From an uncultured virus (IMG/VR IMGVR_UViG_3300046315_000155) (Duplodnaviria; Heunggongvirae; Uroviricota; Caudoviricetes): a DNA stretch of 64,000 nucleotides. Shown here in pieces: positions 40,472 through 50,532 of the stretch (position 1 is its first letter; each line of letters begins with the position of its first letter). Both the position numbers and the translations under genes were made by a program. The notes under the pieces were generated by a model. That model was not told where the DNA came from, ran no database searches, and saw only the letters and a list, made by a program, of their open reading frames with translations. The stretch lies in IMG/VR virus record IMGVR_UViG_3300046315_000155. One strand, 5' to 3'.

Positions 40472-43400
40472 ATGACCGACAAAATCAACACAAACATCCC
40501 ACCGTATCATGATGATTTTGGCAAATCCAAAAATTATCACCAAGTATTATTTAAACCAGGATATCCGATCCAAGCTAGAGAATTAAATAATCTACAAAGT
40601 ATTGCTCAGAATCAAATAAAATCTTTATCTGATGTACAATACCAAAATGGAGATTTGATTTCTGGTGGTGAGATTACTCATGACAAAGAGGTAGATGTAG
40701 TATTATTAAATGATCTATTTAATGGCAATACACCCGATGTAGAAATAAATAAACTAATTGGCAAAACTATTAAAGGTAATACTACAAACGTACAAGCCAT
40801 AGTAGTTGCATATGTAAGCAAAAAGAATAGTACTATATCCAAACCATCATTATATGTAAAATATGTTAGTGGTGGTACTGTATTGATGGGAGTACAATAT
40901 AACAAATTTGCAGATAATGAAATATTGTCATTCAATAATATTAAATTTGCCACAACTATTAGCACGAATAGTACACTATATAATTCAAGTATAGTACACG
41001 TAAATCAGGGCACATTTTATTGGGACGGGTACTATACCAACCTGAACAATACTAGTGTGGTATTAGATCAATACACCAACACAGGTAATTATAGTATTGG
41101 GATACAATTTACTCCTAAATTTGTCACTGCTGTAGATGACGCAACTTTAACAGATAATGCGAATGGATTCAATAATTGTGCTGCTGTTGGAGCAGACAGA
41201 TTACAAATATTAGCAAATGTAGTAAAACTTACTTATGGTTCCGCCATTCCTACTAATTACACAGAGTTAGTACAAATATTGAATGGAAATATCAATTACA
41301 AAATCGATGTAAGTGTAAATACTCAAATTATTGATGCAATTGCGGTTCAGACTTACAAACAAGCTGGCAATTATGTACTCAAGGATTTTGACATTAATGT
41401 ATACCCAACACTAGATAATTTATTTAATAATGGTGTATATAAAGTAAATGAGGTAGACGATCAAAATAGAACAGTAATCAATGTAGATCCATTGGTGAGT
41501 GAACCAAATAAGATCAATGGAAATGATTACTTTTCTGTGGAATTGTCTGCTGGCGATGCTGTAGTAAAGGGGTACAATTACAAGTTTCCAGATAAACAAT
41601 TAATAACCGTAGACCTACCCACCAAAACAAACCGAAGAATAAATCACCAATCATTCATAGATTGTGGGTCTTATCTTGAAATTAGTGGCATAGGCGGTAT
41701 GTTAGATGTATCATCATCACCACAAAATATAAATTTATATAGTACTAGCACTGTAGCTACCCCATCGAAGATTATTGGGGTAGCCAAAGCCGTATCGATT
41801 AATTATCTTCAAAATTCGGTGAGACTGTATGTGATAGATTTATCCACTCACACCGATTTAAGAGTAAGTGGGGCATTAACTAATATCGTCTATGGCGATC
41901 ATGTGACTGGAACAATTTCTGGTTCTTCTGGATATGTATATTCAGTAGTTGGTGATATGATTACGTTGGAGAACAATACAGGTACATTTATTTTGAACGA
42001 ACCAATTATTAACTCAAAAAACAATATCATCAACAATATATTGGAAATAAGAGATTACTTGATTGATGATATTAGAAGTATTGGTAGAGTCGGATTTGCG
42101 GCATCAACATTAAAAACAGAATTTGTTTTGACTGGTAGCAACTTCAATGTCAATGGCACAACCTTAACGGGTATTAATTCTAAATTTATATCAGAATTAC
42201 ATGTTGGAAGTAATATAAATTTGGCTGGGGTTATTACCACAGTTGATGGCATTTTAAATAATACTACTCTTTCTTTATCCAATAGCTTTACTTCTCAAAA
42301 TATTGATACCATCTACAAATCTGTTACTATACTAAAAAGTAATAACAAAAACTTATATGTGCCATTAACAGATAAGAATATCAAAGACACCACCAACAAA
42401 ACTATTTCTATTATAAGAAACAGTTCAATATCGTTCACAAATAATGTGGGCGTACTGCCAAATCAAAATATTAATGAAATTTATAGTGGAGATACGCTAG
42501 TGCAGACCAGTGTAGGAAGTTTTGTTGGTACATTTACAGGGATTAACACAATAACTTTAGTAAATCTAGGAGTGCCCTTTACTGGGAATGGGTTAGTTTC
42601 TTATACCGTAGAATTACTCACCCCAACCATTACTACTAATACTTTAATACAAAATAAAGTAATAAAGTACATTAAGTCAAAAACTGATGTAGTTCCTTCT
42701 GACTATGGTATTCGTTATGATGATCCTGAACTATCTTTAGGATATAGTAATGTGAGTAATGTATTGGCAGTCAGATATTCTAACAATGACAATACCAATA
42801 ACAACTACACTAATGAATGTTTCGACAATATCACTATATCCAACAATTCATTATTTAATGTAGGTGATATTGTTTATAACAAGAATATAAAAGCCAAAAT
42901 AATAGGCATAACTGGTAATATATTAAATTTAATATATTACAGTAGCAATCATTTTAATATTGCTGATACAGCGTTCAATTGGAATACTGCAACTACTAGT
43001 ACAGTGACAAATGTATATAGAGGAAATTATATTGATGTAACTGGCAATTACAAATTAATAAAAAATAGTAATAATAACATTCATGACATCGACAAATTGA
43101 CCATAATCAATAATAGTAACATACCCACCAATCATTTAGTAGTGGTGTTTGATTATTTTAACACTAGTATAGGAGATATAACGAGTATTGATTCTTACAT
43201 CAACCCAACTGATGATATAGAGACTAATATAATCGATTTGAGATACTATGCTAAATCTCCAACAATTGTTGGACTAGGCAATCTCCTATCCCCATATAGT
43301 TTGTTGTATAGTGGTCTAAACCCCAGCACCAGACTATTAAAACTAAGATCATTTCCTGCACCAAGCACCATACTAAAAGGTGATTATAATTATTACACTC

Positions 43401-46400
43401 CTAGAACAGATTTACTAATAATAGATACTACTGGTAAATGTAGAATAATTAGTGGTATTTCGGCAAACAATCCAAATAATCCCGATCTGCCACAAGATTG
43501 TTTGGCGATAGCAACATTACAAATCCCACCAGTAGTTAAAGCTATTAGTGACATTAAAACTGTGGTGTATCCAAACAAGAGATACACTATGGAAGATATT
43601 GGAAATTTAGAAAAAAGAATAAAAAATACAGAAAATGAAATAGCATTAAACAAATTAGAATCTACTGCCAATAATACAGTATTACTAGACAATACTGGAA
43701 TAGTTCGACTAAAGACTGGATTTGTGGTAGATGAATTTTTAAATTACCAATTATCCGACATAAGTAATTTAGCATATAAAAGCAGCATAAATCCCGATGA
43801 TCAAACTTTAGTACCAAAGACTGCAAGTAAAAATATAAAATTGAAAATTAATAATGGTAGTTACAAAATAAGCAATAATTTAATCAGTCTACCATATACT
43901 GAGGCAACATTTATCGAACAAAATAACAAAAATTATGTATTGAAGGTCAATCCATATGCGTTGAATAATTGGGAAGGTGTTATAAACACTCATCCTAGTT
44001 CTGACAATTGGTTTTATGGAGATTACTCTGACAAAGAAAATTGGTTGCCTATCACCAGCAACAAATCTACTAAGAAAAATACTAACACCAACAATTACTT
44101 AAAACAACAAACTATAAAAATAAATATAGATGCACTAAAACCAAACACTAAACTGGATGTATATATAAATTCAAAAAATATTACAGATCTAGTAGTACCC
44201 TCTACTTGTGTAATTAAAAAGGATGGTACTAATGGCACTAATACTATATCATTTGTAGTTGGTGAAAAATTGTTGTGGAGAAATGTCAATACTAGAGTAT
44301 TAACAGGTTCAAGATATCAGCCAACAGTACTATCAAATTATATATCCGCCAAAGTAGATAGTTTATCTAGTGGAGTGTACACTGGCACCACTAACACCAT
44401 AAAAATAAATTGGAATGACGGGTATCAGTTTAATGTGGAGGATATTGGAGTCGGCACATACATCATTGGACAAACTTCGGGGGCAATTGCAATTTTGACA
44501 AACACTGATATCATTAGTGATGACAATGGTAATTTTGCAGGAAATGTATTTATTCCCAACCCAACTAAAAGCGATTACAAATTTTCAGTAGGAACACTAG
44601 TGTTATCCGCAATTGGTAATACTACATTTGCTAAAACCATATTTCAGTGTGGTGGCAATTCTAACATCGAAACTAAAGACATCATCTCACTAAGCATTCC
44701 TGAAAATAATGACACTAACATAATTCAAAATCAGATCAATGGTAATATCATCAACAATAATGGTTGGAATAGTCCAATAACTCAATCATTTAATAACAAT
44801 ATTGTTGGTGGCTGCTTTATCACCTCATTAGAACTATTCTTCAACAAAAAAGATAATTTCATCCCTTTAATAGTTCAGTTGAGAACTGTTGAAAATAACT
44901 ATCCTACTGAAACTATTCTACCATACTCAGAAATAAGCGTAAATACAAAAGATATAGTTACCAGTAGTGATGGAAATACGCCTACTATTATTAAATTTAA
45001 TAATATGGTATACTTAAAGGACAATACTCAATATTGTATTTGTGTACTATCTAACTCAAATAATTATGAAATATTCAGTAATGACTTTGAAGTAAAAAAT
45101 ACAACTGATATAGTTTCAATCAAAAATCCTAATATTTCCAATCTATACGTCCCACAAAACTATAAAAATTGGATCGCAGACAATAAGAAATCGATAAAAT
45201 TCAAGTTGAATAAAGCAAAATTTAGTTTGACTGGAAATATTAATTTTAATAATGAAGACAATCTCCCAGAAATTATTGGAAATTATATAACCACAACAAA
45301 AAATAGCAACTTAGTTAGTGTATATTCCAAAAATCATGGGATGCACACCACTAATAACAGTGTGACTATAAAGAATATAGTGTCTAATTATATTCCAACT
45401 ATATTGACTGATATTATTTCTGACACTCAGTATACAGTGGCTACAACGATACCAGTAGAAACTCCTGAATTGGTACCTCAATTTATAAATAATCTACCAA
45501 TATCTATCACCAATCCAGGTTATATCAAAATAGATGATGAGATCCTATCATATATTAATGTGAATAATGGCACAAAATTAATCACTATCCCTGCTGGTGG
45601 TAGAGGTAAGAATAACACTTCAATCATTCAGCATTTAACAAATAGTGTAGTAGAGATTTATTCTATAAATGGTATTCCACTAGTAGAATTAAATAAAACC
45701 TTTACTTCGATTGTACCAATTGATTTAGATAATTTTGGGGTATACGCTATTTCTAGTGCCAATTATACGAATGTTTGTGGTGGGGATAATATTAGTGTTT
45801 CTGTCAATCACCAATATGAATCAGTCACACCAAACATATCTTATAAATATTTCCCAGAAACTAATGTTAATTTATCATTAATCGCCACTACTGGAACTAG
45901 TATTTCTAGTACTAATCTAATCCAACCATCATATATTCCATTTACTTCTGATCTGTCTATAGATAAAACTACTAATTTCAACAAACCATTATTGGTGGCA
46001 TCTACCGATAATGAAGCGATATTGGGCACCAAATCTATGAAATTAAATATAGATATGTCCACCAGTAACGAAAATATCTCACCAATTATTGACTATGATA
46101 AATGTTCTGTAGTAGCTACCACCAATATAATTAATAATGTTGCTGGGAATGAGTTGTTACCTAATTATATTATGTCATCATTCGTATACATCACTAAACC
46201 TATATCATTAATTCTTCCGTCGCAAGCAATTACTATCATATTGGATGCAACTAGAAACGCCAGTGAGAGTATTGAAGTATATCTAAAGTTATCCAGAGAA
46301 GACAATTCTCCTAATTTTGATAATAATAACTTTGTATTGGTTCCATCTATTGTATACCCAGCCAATAGTGATTTTAAAGAGTTTAGATTTGAATTACGAA

Positions 46401-46507
46401 ACATACCACAATACAAAAAATTTCAAATCAAGATTGTTTGTAAATCTGACAATCAAGCATCGTACCCAACCATAAAAAATCTTAGAATTATCAGTACTGC
46501 TTCTTAA
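40472..46507 (+). CDS. large cyanomyophage virion protein (VrlC/DUF4815-like)
   Basis: PYHDDF...NY..VLFKPGYPIQARELN.LQS, GADRL, NKRYTM.DIG.LEKRI, GF.VD.F, ends P.IKNLRII. Confidence 0.82.
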   Translation: MTDKINTNIPPYHDDFGKSKNYHQVLFKPGYPIQARELNNLQSIAQNQIKSLSDVQYQNGDLISGGEITHDKEVDVVLLNDLFNGNTPDVEINKLIGKTIKGNTTNVQAIVVAYVSKKNSTISKPSLYVKYVSGGTVLMGVQYNKFADNEILSFNNIKFATTISTNSTLYNSSIVHVNQGTFYWDGYYTNLNNTSVVLDQYTNTGNYSIGIQFTPKFVTAVDDATLTDNANGFNNCAAVGADRLQILANVVKLTYGSAIPTNYTELVQILNGNINYKIDVSVNTQIIDAIAVQTYKQAGNYVLKDFDINVYPTLDNLFNNGVYKVNEVDDQNRTVINVDPLVSEPNKINGNDYFSVELSAGDAVVKGYNYKFPDKQLITVDLPTKTNRRINHQSFIDCGSYLEISGIGGMLDVSSSPQNINLYSTSTVATPSKIIGVAKAVSINYLQNSVRLYVIDLSTHTDLRVSGALTNIVYGDHVTGTISGSSGYVYSVVGDMITLENNTGTFILNEPIINSKNNIINNILEIRDYLIDDIRSIGRVGFAASTLKTEFVLTGSNFNVNGTTLTGINSKFISELHVGSNINLAGVITTVDGILNNTTLSLSNSFTSQNIDTIYKSVTILKSNNKNLYVPLTDKNIKDTTNKTISIIRNSSISFTNNVGVLPNQNINEIYSGDTLVQTSVGSFVGTFTGINTITLVNLGVPFTGNGLVSYTVELLTPTITTNTLIQNKVIKYIKSKTDVVPSDYGIRYDDPELSLGYSNVSNVLAVRYSNNDNTNNNYTNECFDNITISNNSLFNVGDIVYNKNIKAKIIGITGNILNLIYYSSNHFNIADTAFNWNTATTSTVTNVYRGNYIDVTGNYKLIKNSNNNIHDIDKLTIINNSNIPTNHLVVVFDYFNTSIGDITSIDSYINPTDDIETNIIDLRYYAKSPTIVGLGNLLSPYSLLYSGLNPSTRLLKLRSFPAPSTILKGDYNYYTPRTDLLIIDTTGKCRIISGISANNPNNPDLPQDCLAIATLQIPPVVKAISDIKTVVYPNKRYTMEDIGNLEKRIKNTENEIALNKLESTANNTVLLDNTGIVRLKTGFVVDEFLNYQLSDISNLAYKSSINPDDQTLVPKTASKNIKLKINNGSYKISNNLISLPYTEATFIEQNNKNYVLKVNPYALNNWEGVINTHPSSDNWFYGDYSDKENWLPITSNKSTKKNTNTNNYLKQQTIKINIDALKPNTKLDVYINSKNITDLVVPSTCVIKKDGTNGTNTISFVVGEKLLWRNVNTRVLTGSRYQPTVLSNYISAKVDSLSSGVYTGTTNTIKINWNDGYQFNVEDIGVGTYIIGQTSGAIAILTNTDIISDDNGNFAGNVFIPNPTKSDYKFSVGTLVLSAIGNTTFAKTIFQCGGNSNIETKDIISLSIPENNDTNIIQNQINGNIINNNGWNSPITQSFNNNIVGGCFITSLELFFNKKDNFIPLIVQLRTVENNYPTETILPYSEISVNTKDIVTSSDGNTPTIIKFNNMVYLKDNTQYCICVLSNSNNYEIFSNDFEVKNTTDIVSIKNPNISNLYVPQNYKNWIADNKKSIKFKLNKAKFSLTGNINFNNEDNLPEIIGNYITTTKNSNLVSVYSKNHGMHTTNNSVTIKNIVSNYIPTILTDIISDTQYTVATTIPVETPELVPQFINNLPISITNPGYIKIDDEILSYINVNNGTKLITIPAGGRGKNNTSIIQHLTNSVVEIYSINGIPLVELNKTFTSIVPIDLDNFGVYAISSANYTNVCGGDNISVSVNHQYESVTPNISYKYFPETNVNLSLIATTGTSISSTNLIQPSYIPFTSDLSIDKTTNFNKPLLVASTDNEAILGTKSMKLNIDMSTSNENISPIIDYDKCSVVATTNIINNVAGNELLPNYIMSSFVYITKPISLILPSQAITIILDATRNASESIEVYLKLSREDNSPNFDNNNFVLVPSIVYPANSDFKEFRFELRNIPQYKKFQIKIVCKSDNQASYPTIKNLRIISTAS

Positions 46508-46960
46508 TATACAAAAATATGACCTTCTAATTGATTTTTAGAAGGTCATATTTTTATGATTATGACACTAGCACTCGTATTTATAGTTATCGTGCATTGT
46601 GGGGCATTCCAGACCCCTCTTAGAATCTAATAGGCTTATCCCAAGATGCCTGATTTTCTAAATGTGCTTCAATTAATTGGTCTAGTTTATTCTGCTGTTC
46701 TAGTGAGAATTGGATAGTAGAATCGGGCAACCAGTTAGGAGTTTCTTTGAGGTATCGTTCTGGAGACACTAATCCTGATTCTGTACCAAACTGAAAATGA
46801 ATATTCTGGAGGGAATTAAGATCTTTAGAAGTAAAATTTATTTGCTTACCATTTACTCTTGGCATAATAACTTGTGTTTTATAGCTACTGCCATTGGCAT
46901 ATGTTATATTTATCGAAGTTTTGCCATACTAATAATAAACGATATAATCATTATAACATA
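46505..46960 (-). pseudogene. HNH family copy 7, internally deleted, inverted, with promoter, 3' tail and terminator
   Basis: 46620..46865 encodes the family C-terminus; TATGTTATAAT at about 46950-46960 (minus strand); tail and hairpin at 46505-46620. Confidence 0.8.
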
Positions 46961-46988
46961 AATATATAATAAATACAGCATTATAACT

Positions 46989-47204
46989 ATGTACAAGATA
47001 ATCTCTGAACCATCATTATGTAAAGACCCTATTACTGGTGCTATACTATTACAAGATAGTGATATGTATAAACAATATATAGATAATCTTGCTAATATTC
47101 AAAACAATAATCTCAGATTAGTTAATTTAGAAATTTCTGTAATAGAGTTGTCAGAAAGTTTATTAGAAATAACAACACTATTAAAACAATTACTACAAAA
47201 ATGA
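46989..47204 (+). CDS. small coiled-coil protein
   Basis: L.KDP.TGAI...D...Y..Y plus a coiled coil ending LLKQLL, as in the cyanomyophage gene that follows VrlC-like genes. Confidence 0.6.
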   Translation: MYKIISEPSLCKDPITGAILLQDSDMYKQYIDNLANIQNNNLRLVNLEISVIELSESLLEITTLLKQLLQK

Positions 47205-47608
47205 AAACCATTATAAAGAATTATGAAGTTAAACAGTTTTCAACGTTTCTAGAAACAATCAAGATATTGAATGATAATCGCTCACCAAAAGACATTACCA
47301 GTTGGGCAATTTCTGGAGCAATACAAGGAGTGTACAATTCTTCAGAAACTATATATATATTATGTAATAAAACTAATCCATTATTAGGAGAATTTACTAT
47401 AGAGTTGACTAATCTTACTACCTCTAGTATGGCGACTGGGCAATATGTATATGATATATCGACATTAGTAGATACAAACACAGTATACAGATTATATTCT
47501 GGCACAATAACCGTGACTCAAGGGGTGACTGACATATTAAATACAGCTATACCACCAACTAATGATGGTGATAATGACTATTTTATAGACGGGGGAAATT
47601 TTCCCTAA
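47201..47608 (+). CDS. putative virion structural protein
   Basis: G.F.I.LT...T..M..GQYVYD...R...G.I.V..GVT pattern of cyanophage structural proteins. Confidence 0.6.
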   Translation: MKTIIKNYEVKQFSTFLETIKILNDNRSPKDITSWAISGAIQGVYNSSETIYILCNKTNPLLGEFTIELTNLTTSSMATGQYVYDISTLVDTNTVYRLYSGTITVTQGVTDILNTAIPPTNDGDNDYFIDGGNFP

Positions 47609-47636
47609 CTAACACAAAATTATTAAATTTAATAAA

Positions 47637-48434
47637 ATGTCAATAAATTCTCGCACAGCATTGTTTGATTACGCAAAAAAGAAATTAGGTGCGCCACTAA
47701 TAGAAATAAATGTAGAGAATTCCCAGTTAGAACAACTTCTTGATGACGTACTCCAACTATACCAGGATCGTGTGTATGACGGCACAGAAGAGGTGTATCT
47801 TAAATATAAAATTACACAGCAAGATATTGATAACAAAAAGACACACACACAAATATTGAATCCTGGTGGATTGTCATTCTTTGACAATCAAAACTTTTTA
47901 ATAGTTCCTGACTATATAATTGGCATTACTAGTGTTGCCAGAACAAATAATAATTACCTACATGACATGTTCGGTCGATCCCCCGAATTCTTCATAATGG
48001 AACAGTTTAACTTTTATGGTGGTCAGATGTTAGATCTGACTGATATTTATCTACTACGTCAAAGCATTGAAAACATTATAAATATATTGAATGCGGAAAC
48101 TGCTATTAAATTTAATAGAAATAATGGTAGATTATATCTAGATTTTGATATTGAATCAATGTTAGATCGTTTTATAATTATTCAGTGTCAACGCGCACTC
48201 GATCCTGTTCAATTTGCGAAGATATATAATGATAGATTCGTCAAAGAATATTTCGCAATACTTGTCAAAATACAATTTGGGCAAAATCTAAGAAAATTTT
48301 CTAATATACAACTTCCTAGTGGGGTGATGTTTAACGCTGACTCACTATACAACGACGGTGTTCGAGAAAAAGAAGCATTTTTGGCGAAAATGTCATCAGA
48401 ATGGGAGGAATATCCTATATTCATGATAGGCTAA
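47637..48434 (+). CDS. gp13: neck protein
   Basis: SR..L.DY...KLGAP.IEINV...Q, DG.E, FN...RLYLD, K.QFGQNL.KF...QLP.GV. Confidence 0.93.
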   Translation: MSINSRTALFDYAKKKLGAPLIEINVENSQLEQLLDDVLQLYQDRVYDGTEEVYLKYKITQQDIDNKKTHTQILNPGGLSFFDNQNFLIVPDYIIGITSVARTNNNYLHDMFGRSPEFFIMEQFNFYGGQMLDLTDIYLLRQSIENIINILNAETAIKFNRNNGRLYLDFDIESMLDRFIIIQCQRALDPVQFAKIYNDRFVKEYFAILVKIQFGQNLRKFSNIQLPSGVMFNADSLYNDGVREKEAFLAKMSSEWEEYPIFMIG

Positions 48435-48518
48435 ATTTTTATATGTTGCCATATTTTATTTTTATTTATATTGCGTATAAATATTATTACTCAAACACTT
48501 ATCCAAGCAAAAATAAAA

Positions 48519-48797
48519 ATGGCAAGAAAAAAAGAACTGGAAAACTCTTTTCAATCGAATCCGCTCCTAAAAAGAATTGGTGTAGACATAGAATTTGATG
48601 AGGATAATGTAAACGAATTTATGAAGTGCAAAAAAGATATAAATTATTTTGCAAATAATTACATCAAAATCGTTACATTGGATAAAGGGTTGACAAATAT
48701 AAAACTTTATAAATATCAGGAAAAATTGCTGAAGACGTTTGACCGCAACCGCTTCGTTGTCGTTAAGTATCCTTTTTTGTCCCCGATTGCCGCATAA
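48519..48797 (+). CDS. gp17: terminase large subunit piece 1a (N-terminus, homology to KYP at 48773)
   Basis: NP.LKR....EF.....EF.KC..D..YFA.NYIKIV.LD.GL....LY.YQEKL...F..NRF...K.P matches the gp17 N-terminus; ATG 48519. Confidence 0.88.
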   Translation: MARKKELENSFQSNPLLKRIGVDIEFDEDNVNEFMKCKKDINYFANNYIKIVTLDKGLTNIKLYKYQEKLLKTFDRNRFVVVKYPFLSPIAA

Positions 48798-48829
48798 TCA
48801 ATAAACTGGTTAGCTAATATTGGGGACAA

Positions 48830-48940
48830 CCTCGTCAAAGCGGGAAATGTGTTACAGGTGACACCGCAATCACCATCAAAAACCGAATTACCGATGAAGT
48901 AAAAATTATAACTATTGCAGAATATTTCAACTCCATATAG
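48830..48940 (+). CDS. gp17: terminase piece 1b: Walker A PRQSGK plus 30-aa split-intein N half, in a different frame and with no start codon
   Basis: hand translation PRQSGK/CVTGDTAITIKNRITDEVKIITIAEYFNSI*; in-frame TAA upstream at 48815. Confidence 0.85.
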   Translation, partial: PRQSGKCVTGDTAITIKNRITDEVKIITIAEYFNSI

Positions 48941-48973
48941 TATAAGCCTCATCATGTAAAACTGAATAACACA

Positions 48974-49012
48974 TAACACAAATCCCTGGATAACTCTGGG
49001 GATTTGTGTTAT
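48974..49012. terminator. long hairpin after gp17 piece 1, overlapping the TGTGTTATAAT promoter of the next gene
   Basis: ataacacaaatccctgga-taac-tctggggatttgtgttat. Confidence 0.6.
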
Positions 49013-49043
49013 AATAATTATATTATCTTATAAATTAACTGTT

Positions 49044-49382
49044 ATGTTAAATAGTGTAATATGTGTTAATTGTAATAACTTCTATGACAAATATAATTTA
49101 AGATTTCATGTTAAATCTCATGGATATCAAAATTTATCAGATTATAAAAAATTTCATAATATATATATATATCAAAAGAAATCAAAAGTATGTGAATATT
49201 GCAACAGGGAATTCGTACCAATTAAAAAAAAACAAACTTTGCGCGAATGGTGCATTGCATTTAATCTAAGCTACAATACAATACATTCCAGATATAGACA
49301 AGGTTGGGTAGTCCCTAAATTATTTAGTTCAATAAAAAGGAAAAAAATAGAAATTGGTGAGTTTTTTCGTGATTTATCTTGA
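49044..49382 (+). pseudogene. Zn-finger / endonuclease remnant
   Basis: C..C...H...H and CEYC motifs plus a QTL.EW....N..Y.TI..R...GW tail of phage HNH-type proteins; no nuclease core. Confidence 0.5.
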
Positions 49383-49407
49383 CAAAAACGAGAATCTGTT
49401 ATATACT
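49379..49407 (+). promoter_or_regulatory. sigma70-type early promoter
   Basis: TTGACA-17 nt-TATACT. Confidence 0.65.
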
Positions 49408-49432
49408 AGTAATAAGCCAACATTATTAATAT

Positions 49433-49639
49433 ATGATTGACAAACAACTGGCAGAAAATATCTTTAAACTACTCCTAGCAAGTGAAATCGCATATTACGA
49501 AGATGATCTACCAGCTAAGAGTGCAGCACAACAAGCAACAGCAATGGTAGAGTTTTTTAATGTGCTACAACCAACATTAAACAAAGAAGAACTAAAACAG
49601 ATGGACAGACTGCGAGAATATCTTCCCAAACACCGCTAG
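49433..49639 (+). CDS. hypothetical protein
   Basis: 68-aa ORF after the promoter. Confidence 0.55.
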   Translation: MIDKQLAENIFKLLLASEIAYYEDDLPAKSAAQQATAMVEFFNVLQPTLNKEELKQMDRLREYLPKHR

Positions 49640-49683
49640 AATGCCCTACAACGCACGAAAATTAATTTTTTGAGGAAAGCATC

Positions 49684-50115
49684 ATGATTGAAAAAATAAC
49701 CAAATTAAAAGAAAACTTCGCCACATTTGAACAAACATACGGCAGGTTGATGAGAAATACAGATGAAGATGGATACGAGTTTTGTGCAGAAGGAATTTTA
49801 GGACTTACTGCTGGTCTTGACATCAAAATTCATCCAGAACATAACGTCTCCATGTTTTGTATTAATGGGGTATATCTATATTTGAATATTCCTCATAATA
49901 TCTATGATAATTTAGATTTGCCGTTGCTTATATCTACATCAAAATTAATAGGATGGGGGGAACAATTAAAGTTGACAAAAAAGCAAATTAAGGCTATTAT
50001 GCAGGAAGGCGAACAAATTTGTTGGGCATCTTTGAACGATGGGGTCAGATTAACTTTTTCCCAATTTATTTTACTGCTGGACATTCTGGACAAACTATAT
50101 ATATATCATGATTAA
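49684..50115 (+). CDS. hypothetical protein, tandem paralog 1 of 4
   Basis: shared K...LKENFA..Q...L...CAEG.L...L.LP...L.LT..Q...W..LND...LTF.QF.LLLD. Confidence 0.7.
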   Translation: MIEKITKLKENFATFEQTYGRLMRNTDEDGYEFCAEGILGLTAGLDIKIHPEHNVSMFCINGVYLYLNIPHNIYDNLDLPLLISTSKLIGWGEQLKLTKKQIKAIMQEGEQICWASLNDGVRLTFSQFILLLDILDKLYIYHD

Positions 50116-50515
50116 TAAATTAGAACAATTAAAAGAGAATTTTGCCAAATATGAACAAGGATTTTGTAAATTAGTGACTGGCGAATGCCTGTGTGCAGAG
50201 GCTATTTTGGCTATATCTAATGGTTTAATTATCAAAAAACAATATTCATTTTCTGACGATATGGTTTACGAAGAAGAAAATAGTTGCTATTTTGAGTTTT
50301 CTATACCCAGCTACCATTATACAGAGTTAAATTTACCCAAATATATAACAAAAATTGAACTTCTTTGGTGGGCAAAAAAATTACAACTAACTTCGAGACA
50401 AATAGATATGCTACAAAGTCTTAATTCTCTCATTTCTTGGGCAAATCTAAACGATATTGTCAGATTAACCTTTCCACAATTTATTTTACTGCTGGACATC
50501 CTGAACAAATTATAG
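50108..50515 (+). CDS. hypothetical protein, tandem paralog 2 of 4
   Basis: same family motif. Confidence 0.7.
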   Translation: MINKLEQLKENFAKYEQGFCKLVTGECLCAEAILAISNGLIIKKQYSFSDDMVYEEENSCYFEFSIPSYHYTELNLPKYITKIELLWWAKKLQLTSRQIDMLQSLNSLISWANLNDIVRLTFPQFILLLDILNKL

Positions 50516-50532
50516 ATAGATATATATATATC

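Noticed and set aside
48771..48817. Simple -1 frameshift on CCTTTTTT as the way to join gp17 pieces 1a and 1b
   Set aside because: The -1 frame hits TAA at 48815-48817 before reaching PRQSGK, and an insertion of about 20 aa next to Walker A is unlikely to be tolerated.
48774..48832. Group I or II intron in gp17
   Set aside because: Only 59 nt, no catalytic core, and none of the four possible excision registers ends in the G required for a group I intron.
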